DNA of 46,473 nt, filler included, from Jimgerdemannia flammicorona (Eukaryota), in NCBI GenBank assembly GCA_003990765.1. It is 2 parts of 2 records of this genome, joined end to end, with 100 filler letters (N's around TTAATTAATTAA, not from the genome) between each part and the next. Parts side by side here need not be neighbours in the genome. Positions count along the whole stretch, not along the records: positions 23,291 to 46,473 come from RBNJ01001141.1; 1 more part is not named here. One strand, written 5' to 3'. The notes under the pieces were generated by a model. The model saw nothing but the letters and a program-made list of their open reading frames with translations, was not told the origin of the DNA and did no database searches. This document shows, piece by piece, positions 25,812 through 36,340 of this stretch. The translations under genes were made by a program, and so were the position numbers. The stretch's first letter is position 1, and the number at the start of each line of letters is the position of its first letter.

Positions 25812-25848
25812 ACGGTGGGTTTCCCCCAGCACGGTGGGCGTATCTAGT
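25812..25848 (+). mobile_element. Possible Helitron 3' terminus
   Basis: Imperfect GC hairpin CCCAGCACGGTGGG followed 5 nt later by CTAG|T (25844-25848). Confidence 0.4.
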
Positions 25849-26414
25849 ATAAAAAAAAATAAAAAAAAAAAAACGATAAGAGATGGTTCAACAAAATTGT
25901 AAAGTGCTGGACATCTAGTCATGACAAATTATTTGAAAGAATAGAACTCAAAAACAAAAAAAGATATTTGCAAAATTCCTTTGTAACTTTGTTGTATAGT
26001 TCTTTTTCTACAAAGTTACAATACCCTTTTTTTATTTAAACACAAAATTGTGATATATACTAGAGAAAATTGAGAATCAAGAAAAAACAGTTACTATGAA
26101 AAACTTAAATGCGAAAACTTCAATATCTTGACAAATACATGTCCAAATGCAATATAATTTTGCAAATCTATTCATCTTTAGTATATAAAGCCCTATACTA
26201 AATTATATCAAATTCCTAGCTGATTTCATGAAGGTAATGATGATTTTCAGGTGAGTATAGATTGGGATAAATATGAGGTCTTTGAAGTTCACAAAGATGT
26301 TAATATAAACATTACTGAGACTGATACCCTGATAGAGAAGCTGGTGGAGACTTTGGAGCCTTCAATTATAGAGCTAAAGATAATGCAGATATCTCTGATC
26401 TTGATGAAGATGGT

Positions 26415-26790
26415 AGTGAAGAGGTTCTCTTAGTAAAGATAGTAACAAAGGAGTTCTCTCTAAAAAAATAGTAGTAAAGAGATTCTCTTAGTGAAGATAG
26501 TAGAGAAAGAGTTCTCTTAGTAAAGACAGCAAAGAGAAGATGATAGCAAAGGGATCTCAGTGAAGATAGTAAATAGAATTCTCAGTGGTAAAGAGAGACA
26601 GTGAAGAGGTTCTCTCAATAAAGATGATAGTAAGAGAGTTTTCTTAGTAAAGATAGTAGTAAAGGAGTTCTCTTAGTAAAGATGACAGTAATGGAGTTCT
26701 CTAAGTAAAAATAATAGTAAAGGAGTTCTCTTAGTAAAGATAGTAGCAAAGGAGTTCTTAGTGAAGATGGATTCTCTTAGTAAAGATAGT
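26415..26790. repeat. Minisatellite, about 29-30-bp unit GGAGTTCTCTTAGTAAAGATAGTAGTAAA
   Basis: Roughly a dozen degenerate tandem copies visible. Confidence 0.8.
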
Positions 26791-27128
26791 ACTGAATACT
26801 GATTATATATATTTGAGAAGAGTAGATAGATGAGTTTAAAGAAGCATCTTCTAAGTTGAGAAAGATTTATAGTAGATGTTCTGTTCAGCTGGTTTGCAGA
26901 GTGAGACACTCAGAGGAGTCATCATTATTACCTAGTAGAGAAGATTTGTAAGAAGAATAGAGGAAGAGTTATAGTAATTAATAATCTGTAGTTTTAATTA
27001 GAAAGAGATAGGGGGGGATCTCTCCAGAGAGATTGGGTAGGAGTGAGACTCTTGTATTATATATGTGTTAGATTAGTTTGATAATAAATTATAAAGTCTG
27101 AGTAAATATAAAAAAAAAAAAAAGTTTA

Positions 27129-27165
<37 letters not shown>

Positions 27166-28467
27166 TAAGAGAGTTTACTTAATTTGTTAGCTTATTGACT
27201 CAATTGGCATAGTTCTTAATGCTCTCTTTGGACTTTATTTAGAGATTAAATAGTTGTACTTTTAGGTAGAATCTGTTTAATACAGATATCTATTAGTGGT
27301 AATTATATAAGATCTCTTAAATTTTATTTACTATTATAGTATTAATTACAAGCTTCATTTATATATTCAAAAGAGTAAATATAATCTCTCTTAGTACTTT
27401 GCAATCTTTTATAGTATCATATGCTATTATTTATACCTGTAGTCTCCAATAGTTCTCCAGACTATATTTTTTTAAGAGATTCTTTATATAGTATACCTAT
27501 GGTATATTTCTTATTATTAAAGATAGGAATCATTCTCTTCACTATTATTATTGATACTAATATAGGAATGGTCATAGTTATAGTCATCATAATAGATGTA
27601 CTTATATTGCTAGTATCAGTTCTATATCTCATTCTACTTATACTACTTAAAACTGATATACTTCTACTACTTGTATTAGTTAATATTATATAATATAATA
27701 TAGCATATATGTTAGAGGAGTTTATAGTCAAAGAAGTCAGAGCTCATAATCTTTTATTGTAGAATACTTGGAGAAAAAACAAGTAGAGAGAAGAGAAGTA
27801 TTATTTATTAATACTAGCTTATATGTTTTTATATATACTCATTAATGATATTTATATAATAATATATACTACTATATATAGAGTTACTATAACTAAGATA
27901 TTACAATAAAGAGAAACTTAAGAAACTCTATAGAGAGCAATTTGGAGAACTTGGTAAAAGAGAATATAAAGAACGTAGTAGAATAGAACTTAGTGAAGAG
28001 AGACTCAGAGAACTTAGTAAAAGAGAACTCATTGGAGAGAAATTTGGGAAACTCTGTAAAAGACTCAGTGAAGTCTTGTCAAAACTACTTAAGCTAGTCA
28101 GTTATATAATTTTGATCTTAAATTAATTATTAAAATTGTTCTTCTTTACTGAATTATCCATCAAGCTAGCCAGTTAACTTAAATTAATTATATTAAAGAT
28201 AATTAATTATTTAAAAACTTGATAGAGGAGAACTCAGAAAACTTATTGAAAGAGAACTTAGTAGTAGTGCTCTAAATGAGTTAATTTGATATCTGATAGT
28301 TTGACCCAAATCTCAAATCTAAAATAATCCAAATCAACTTAGATTAATCTGAATCACTCAATCTGAATTGTTTAATCTTAATCATCTCATTTGAATTATC
28401 TAATTTAAATCCTTTAATCTAAATCCTCCAATCTGAATTCTCTACATAACTCATATATTAGATATAT

Positions 28468-28578
28468 CTACATATATACAAATATATACATGTAAATATA
28501 TATATATAAATATACATATATATATATATATAAATACATATACATATAAAAACATACATATAAATATACAAATATATA
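28468..28578. repeat. (TA)n-rich microsatellite
   Basis: Imperfect TA/CA dinucleotide run. Confidence 0.8.
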
Positions 28579-29063
28579 TGTCAACAGATCAGCCTTTAAC
28601 AGTTTATAGTACTGATAATGCTTCAAGTCAAATATCCTCAATAGTTTCACACTTTCCATATAATCCTTATTCCCAAATCAAGTAATATTGTGCTAAGTCC
28701 AGAGATAATATTATTTGTAATTATTACAGATAAAAAATTTAAAAATGAAAATAATTTGTAATATAATTGATACTTATTTTTAACATACATATATTGTTTC
28801 TACCAAATCATTTATACTATACAGCCAGAAGTTCAAAATACTTGATGGGTTAACTTTAAACATATATTGATATATAAAAGACAAATACTCTAACAAAATT
28901 AAAAAGAATACAAAAACAAATAAAATTAATATCTAAGCTATAGTGGGTATATTTATCTAATTGCCCAATTATTTCTATATCAATAACCCCATTTAATCAA
29001 AAATATTTAGCCATATTCTTTAGCAGAATTTCGAAATTGACTTATTTGCTAGATTGTATATAT

Positions 29064-30638
29064 TATAATGGTGACCCCAGAATGATAACATCAGTACAGA
29101 AGACAGTCTTTCCTTATAAGCCACCAGATCAGAGCACAAGAAGATCATATGGTATACAAGATGAGTAATTATGACCAACTGTGAGTCATTGTGACCACAG
29201 TATAGACATCTTGAGGAATATAATAGAAGGATCAAGAAATTGCAGTAACAGCAACTCAACAAGACCCACTAATCCCAAAATAGCTCAAAGACTTACTATA
29301 AATGAAATGTCTGCTATCTGCCAAACCTTAAGATCAAGGAATCACCAAGGCACCTCAGTCGAAGAAAGGATGTTCCAAGATATCAGAAGAGCCATGAGGA
29401 CCTGCACAAGAAAGACTCCTAGTATCAATCTGGGTACTGCAGATCCTTATCACTTTATTCTCTATTGCCATAAAATGGAAACAAGGATCACTATTGCTAC
29501 CAAATGCCTCCAAATATAACATGAGTACAAAATAGGAAACCTTCTCTACCAGGAGTTCCCACAGGCCAGCTCTCAAGAGTTACAAGATGCCACTCCCATA
29601 AATATATATGAAGCAAGAATAGCTAAGAAAATCTATCAGATCTTCAGACATGTATCATAGTCAATCTCCAACTTGGAGTATGTTAGAGTCTCAGACTTCA
29701 GAGACCTATCAGTCTACCATATCAATGCACTAGAAGTCAGGGTGGCTACAGAAACCCAGTCCACTATTACCCTCAATAGTGATGAAGTAGAAGACTTCTG
29801 ACATCCCATCCTCCAGGACAACCCAGACCAATTTCTGCAAGGATTGATCTCAGTATTCCAAGTATCTAGGTTAGACCTCTCCAAGACCTCACATTTGTCC
29901 CCTATTTCATGGAAGAGAATCTCATAGACTGGAGAGCCCCAGACCTCCTTGTTCCCATCACTGCTGAATATGATAATATCATTGGTGATGACATCATCCT
30001 GCATGATATATGCAAAATATATGATCTATACAATGACGACAATAATGAGATGGATGAGATATTTGCAGATCTCATCTCTTTTGAAGACATCCTGACCTCT
30101 AATGAGGATGAAGCCCCTATGATCTTGAACATTCTGCTCTAAGTCCCTTGGTTACACTGAATTATACCAGCACTCTTTTCCTGTGTAATAGCTATTCCAC
30201 CATTGGCATTTTGATATAACTCAGAATTATTTCAGCACTGTTTTCCTGTATCACTGAAATTATACCAGCATTCTAAACCTATGCAACCATCAGTGCCAAC
30301 ACTAGAACTTAGCAGTTTTCTCTGTCCTGGCATTTTGTTTTAGTTATTGGAATTTATATTTAGCTTTATATCTTAGCAACTATTGAATTATATTTTGTAT
30401 AAATACCTCTCTTATTTCCTCTAAAATAAAAGTCAGTCTACTCAGTGCAATACACACAATCTCTTACAAGCAATCTAAGAGATAATAAGATAGTTTAAAG
30501 ATAAGAAGTTTGAGGACTATAAGATCTTGGGAAGGCACTCCAATAAGAACTTGCTTATAACAAACTTGAGTTAGTCTAAGAGATATACCTTGAAGAGAAT
30601 CTGGTATATTTGAAGAACTCAGCGACCACTACATGACA
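29064..30638 (+). repeat. Gypsy-2 5' LTR (1575 bp)
   Basis: Direct repeat of 36341-37432 plus 38621-39109. Termini T(G>A)TAA...GACA. TATA-like TATAAATA at about 30398. Confidence 0.93.
29307..30142 (+). pseudogene. LTR-internal ORF of Gypsy-2 (about 280 codons reconstructed), unknown protein
   Basis: MSAICQ...ILNILL* reconstructed from both LTR copies. The 7-bp deletion near 29860 and the 1-bp deletion near 37190 are each complemented by the other copy. Confidence 0.78.
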
Positions 30639-30641
30639 ACT

Positions 30642-30658
30642 TGGTACCCATTGGCTGG
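30642..30658 (+). promoter_or_regulatory. Primer-binding site-like motif
   Basis: TGGTACCCATTGGCTGG, 3 nt after the LTR end. The cognate tRNA was not identified. Confidence 0.55.
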
Positions 30659-30668
30659 TGATTTAAGA

Positions 30669-32100
30669 TGAATCCCTCACTTTTAAGCTGAAAAATGAAC
30701 AACCACTACAACAACTATCCTGACTACAAGAGTCACCCCTGCAAGAATTCAAGACAAGATGGAATTGTACCCCCTCACATTCTATAGATATACTACTGAA
30801 GATTTAATCCTGATCTTTATTGAAGACTTTGAACAATTTGCAGCTATATGAGCTCTTGGTGTAGATGCACAATTGGCCCTTCTATCAGTCAGCCTCAGAG
30901 AACCTGCCAGAGACAAGTTCAATGCAGTTACTATTACTGATAATAGTGCAGCCAAACTTACCAACATAAAGGCCTTCCTCAGAACAACATACTATACTGA
31001 AGAGATTAAGCAAGCTCTCAAGGATCAACTCAATACTATCTGCCAGAGACTTAGTAAAGACCCCAACTCATTCTATATCCAAATCTGCCACCAGATTGTC
31101 TTGGCTAGCTATGATGACCATCTCAAGGAACAAATAGCTGATTCAATCTTCCTCAAAGGAGTTCACCCTGAAATCACCCTAGCAATTTGGTCTACCCCAG
31201 CTGCACTGACCCTTGATCAGAAAGTGGTCTTTGGACAGAGATATTGGACTGCCAGACACCCTGCTGAACACTCAATAGAGAAAATAACTGGCATCAAGAT
31301 AGAGCTATCAAAGCCAACCAGTATCATATCTACTATAGTTGTAAACAGATAAATATCTCCACCTATCCCCAAGGCAGCCAAAGCTGACCCAGTGGAGGAA
31401 CTCACCAAGCAGTTTGCTGAGATGACTGCATACCTTGATGATGTTGTTAGAGCAGTCTAAAGTACCAATAGGAGACCAGTGTAGAGATTTGCAGCTGCTA
31501 CAGAAGAATACAATATCACATGCTTTAGATATAGAGAAGAAAGCCACTATGCAAAGAATTGCATGACTGAAACAAGACATAAAGTCCAACTAAGCAATGC
31601 TAGCAGAACCAGAGAACAAACCAATGCAGTAGTCATTGAGGAGATTGGTGACACTGATGATGAAGAATACTATGAGGAGCTTGAATTCTACCCTACTACT
31701 AAAGGTACCAGAACCTGGTTCAAGCTCTATAATAAGAAGAGCAACAGCAAGCCAGTTAGAAGACTAAAGAAGACCCCAGCTGTCACTATCCAAAGCAAGA
31801 CCCGACCCAAGGAGATTGATCAAGACATGGAGTTAGAGGAAGCTGCCCACCAAATTATTGAAGGCACTACTCCAGTCTCAGGAGAAAGCAAAAGCAAGAA
31901 GGAACAGAAGCTGCACAAGACCAAGATCCACCAGTATGATATTTACAAAGATCTTAAGAAACAGAAGGTTAATGCTACTTTTGGACAGCTAGCTGAAGTC
32001 TCTGCCTTCAGATAGCAATTAAGAGTAGGACTTGCAACTACTGCCAAGAATCAAGAGTACAAGATTGTAGAAGCTCACAATGCATAAAAAGAATCTGAAA
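30669..32100 (+). pseudogene. gag: Gypsy-2 gag (boundaries approximate)
   Basis: ORF 30873..31352 is retrotransposon-gag-like. Decayed knuckle CFRYREESHYAKNC at about 31521-31562. Confidence 0.8.
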
Positions 32101-32139
32101 ACTCAGGCAAAGAATCTGAAGACCAGTGTAAGACATCAG

Positions 32140-35100
32140 CCTATACCCTATGTCAGATCAAAGATTGTATCTTTAATGCCATCATTGATACTGGTGCTGG
32201 AGGATACCTCATGAGCAAGAAGACAATTGACTGCCTAGGCTGGAATATTGAAGAGTCTACTAAGATGGTCTATGTTACAGCAGATAGTATATGAGCTACC
32301 CCCCTTGGCAAAATCCAAGAAGTCCCTATCAAGATAGGAAGAGCTACTATCCTAGTAGATGTGATTGTTATAAGTGCCACCAACTATAACATCCTCATTA
32401 GCAACCAATGGCTTCACAAGGCCAAGGCCATCATTGACCTCAATGCCCAGAAGATGCAGATCAACTATAGAGGAAAATAGGTATGAGTCTCTATTAATGT
32501 CCATAAAGGAGTTCTACCAGACATAGAGGAAGGAGATAAGGTGGACACAGAAGTCTTCATACACTTGGTGAACAAGAATAAGAACAAGAACAAGACACTC
32601 AAACTCACAGATGAGCAGTAGTACAACAAGATCATCGATGGCTATGCCCCTCAAGGAAGATATCTCCATAGTACTAGAATATACTGCTCTAAACACCTGA
32701 ATGACTACTGGTCCTATATCAGTGAAGTCAGGAAAATCCATGAACAGAAACATGAGTAAGAAGCCACCAAAGCAAAAAGGAAAGCTGAAGAAGATGACCA
32801 GCCCCCAGAGCTTCAAGCTAACAGTAATTATGAGGAGGAATAAGAACCAGATATCACCCTCAAGGTCAAGAAGTTCTACCCCAAAGCCAAGATCCCAGAA
32901 TATAAGACTGAAGGAGCCATAGGAATAGACCTTGCCAGCATCTAAGATATTACTCTCAAACCACAGACCACTACCCTACTTGGCACTGGAATTGAAGTCA
33001 AGTTGCCAGAGAACTATACCAGAATTATCAAGGCCAGGAGCAGTCTGGCCAAAAGTGAAATCTCAGTTGAAGGAGGAGTAATTGACCCTGATTATACTGG
33101 CAAGATCTTCCTCATAGTTAGGAATCACAACCCCACCACCCCATTTGAAGTCAAGAAGTATGACAGGATTGGCCAGATGCTGATCTACAAAATCAAGAAG
33201 CCCAAGATCATGGAAGCCATCAAACTTATCAAGACCAAGAGAGGAGAACAAGGCTTTAGATCTACTGGAGGAGGAGCCTATGCTACTACCAAGATTACCA
33301 AACTTAAGCATAAGAAAGACAAGGACCAGAATAAGTACACATATACCATTGGAGAAAACTTTCCCCTGGAAGAACAACTTCTCAAGATTCTGCACCAGAA
33401 TGAAGAAGTACTTGCTACAGACTTCAGAGATATCTACAATCAAGAACCCAGTACTACTACAAAGTTGACACTAGTGATACCAAGCCCATCTACCAGAAAG
33501 CCAGACCTATACCACCTGTCTACAGAGAATGGCTGCAAGCAGAACTCAAGAAAATGAAAGAAGCCAGAATTATCAAGCAAGCTATCAGTCTCTAGGCTTC
33601 ACCCATTATCCTTACCTTAAAGAAAAGAAGTAAGCCTGGAGAGTTTGCTCCAAGACTCTGTATTGACTACAGGAAGCTCAATGCAATTACCAAGAAGGAT
33701 AGGCAGTCTTTGCCAAATATCTAAGAAATCCTTACCACTCTTGGAAGCAAAGCCAAAAACTATACCACCTTAGATCTGTTCTCAGGCTTCCATCAGATTG
33801 GTCTCACTCAAGATGCCAGTGAGAAATCAGCCTTCATTATACCTGATGCCACCTATATCTACCTGCAAATGCCATTTGGAATATGCAATGCTCCAGTAAG
33901 TTTTCAGCAAATAATAAACAGAGTCTTCAGTAATGAGATTGAAAAATGGCTCTTTATCTATGTTGATGATGTGATTATCTTCAGCAACACTGTATGGGAA
34001 CATGTCAACCATATATAGCTAGCTCTCAAGAAGCTCAAGGAGTATGGCCTCTACATAAAGCTTAAGAAATATAAGTTTGTAGCTCAGGAAATTACCTACC
34101 TAGGACACCTTATCAATTAGACCAGAATCCACACAGACCTTATGAAGATTGAGGCTGTTGTAGTCTACCTGAGACCCAGAACAATCACAGAAGTCCATGC
34201 CTTCCTTGGACTGGTCAGCTACTACAGAAGATTTATCAAAGAATACTCCAATATTGCAGTACCTATCTATGAGCTACTGAAGAAGGAAACCAAATTCAAA
34301 TGGACCAAGAAATGCCAAGAAATCTTCAATATACTCAAGACCAGGTTGACTCAAGCACCTATCCTCAGAAGATCAGATTGGAACCTAGAGTTCATTCTGT
34401 AGACAGATGTAAGTACTATAGAACTTAGAGCAGTCCTAGCTCAGAAGAAAGATAGATATGAATATATCATCTCCTATACAAGCCAAGATACCTGTAGAGC
34501 AGAACAGAACTATAAGTTATGCAAGCTTGAATGCTTAGCAGTAGTTTGGGCTGTAGACAAGTTCCACTACTACCTAGCTGAGAAATACTTTACTATTTAA
34601 ACAGATCATTCTGCTTTTGCCTGACTATTCCACACTCTGAACTCTAAAGGAATATATGTCAGATAGATCTACAGGCTACAAGAGTATGACTGTACTGTCA
34701 AGCACTGCTCAGGAAGAACCAACACCAATACTGATGCACTCTCAAGGATACCCCAAAACACCCCCATCAAGACTATTCAATATAAATAAGAAGCTATACT
34801 ATAGATTAATCAGCTATCTTGAGCAGTAGAAGATGCCCAACCACCTCAAATCCTGGACAATCACCATCATCAACTGGACTTAGAAACAGTTTGAACTAGA
34901 TGACACCATACTCAGAAAAAGAGGAAAGCTCATAATACCTGAACACAAGAAGTATTAAGTAATGAAGAAAGTATATGAACAAGGATACCTAGAAGGAACC
35001 AACACATATGACAAGGCAAAAAGAACTATATGATGGTCCAAGATGGAAGAAGATCTGTGCCAATTTGTCAAAGGGTGTGATAAGTGCCAAAAACAAAAAT

Positions 35101-35970
35101 AAGATCAGCAAGACCAGACACCTGAGTCATCAAGAATTGAGCCTATCTCCTTCCACTATATTGCAATGGATATCATTGGGCCACTACTAGTAACTCTATC
35201 AGGAAACTGCTATTTTATAGTTATTGTAGACCTCTTTACCAAATGGATAGAAGCAGGATCATTACAAGAAGCCAATGTCCTCTCTATAGCCAACTTCCTG
35301 TACCAAGAAATCATCTGCTACTACAAGACACTGAAATAAATCACAAAGACTGTGGAACAGAATTTGTCAATAGATTCCACAAGATAATATATCAGAAATA
35401 CAAGATTTAGCACATCAAGACCACCATGTACCACCCTCAAGGAAATGGACAGACAGAGAGAACCAATAAGACTCTTAAGAACATCCTGGTGAAGATCTCA
35501 GACATATATGAGAATTGGGACAACTACCTCCCAACTGCCCTCTCTGTTCTATGAGACATATGGTCATAGAGCACACACTTTACCTTAAGAGAACTACTCT
35601 TCAGAGAAGAAGATTCTGATGGAACCTCAGCTACAAATCTAGATCTAACTTAGAGATAGGTTGATGCAGAAATCCAGAGGCTATACCAAATCAGGAAGAA
35701 GGCTGAAGATTATATTGTCAAGTTACAAGCACTGATAAAAAAGAATGCAGAAAAGAATCACAAGACTCTAGAACCCATCCAAATTAGAGAAAAGGTCCTA
35801 CTGTATTGAAATATGGTAGAGGCCTCATGGTCATAAAAACTGGAGTCCAAATGGGAAGAACCCTTCTATGTACAAGATATCAAGAGAACTACCTTCTGGC
35901 TTAGAAAAATCTCAGAGACCATACTGCCTACTATAGTATATAGAACAGACTCAAGAAGTACTATGAATCT
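32140..35970 (+). pseudogene. pol: Gypsy-2 pol: protease, dUTPase, RT, RNase H, integrase
   Basis: AIIDTGAG at about 32180. LCIDYRKLN, MPFGICNAP, YVDD (33959-33970), FLGLVSYYRRFI, TDHSA, MDIIGPL, YHPQGNGQTERTN. GPF-like motif near 35855. Confidence 0.95.
32853..33272 (+). pseudogene. Trimeric dUTPase domain between protease and RT
   Basis: AIGIDL, ARSSLAK, GGVIDPDYTGKI, DRIGQML and RGEQGFRSTG, corresponding to motifs I-V. Confidence 0.95.
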
Positions 35971-36340
35971 ATACAAGAGAAGCAAAATGTGATGACTACC
36001 TATGAGGTTCTAGTTTGCGAATTGTAACAGCATGTCCTGTGACCAGCAGGCTATCTGTCTGGACCATTCTCTAAGGGATATGGCACCAGCAACTACTCAT
36101 CCATGAGACTTTCAAAGCTAGAGAAGTTCAAACCATCAACTGATTGATCAAGATCAGAATCAGGCCCTTGCTCTATATGAAGGGAGTGACTCTTCACCAT
36201 CATGCCAAAATACATAGGGAAGATATCAGCCCATAAATACCACTTTTCAACCCCTTTTTAGAGGTTATGGGATCAGTAAATTTTTCAGGACTGGACTAAT
36301 GAATAAGGATGTTCAAGAAGATCCTTATTCAGAAGAAAGA

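Noticed and set aside
26415..26790. Regular ~30-bp repeats resembling a CRISPR array
   Set aside because: Head-to-tail degenerate units with no unique spacers, no cas genes, and a eukaryotic context.
27421..27731. Hydrophobic ORFs resembling membrane proteins (also 20915..21241 and 28468..28659)
   Set aside because: Products of AT-biased decay or low-complexity sequence, not credible genes.
29307..30142. LTR ORF as an env gene
   Set aside because: No signal peptide, furin site or transmembrane segment is visible, and it lies within the LTR rather than before the PPT.
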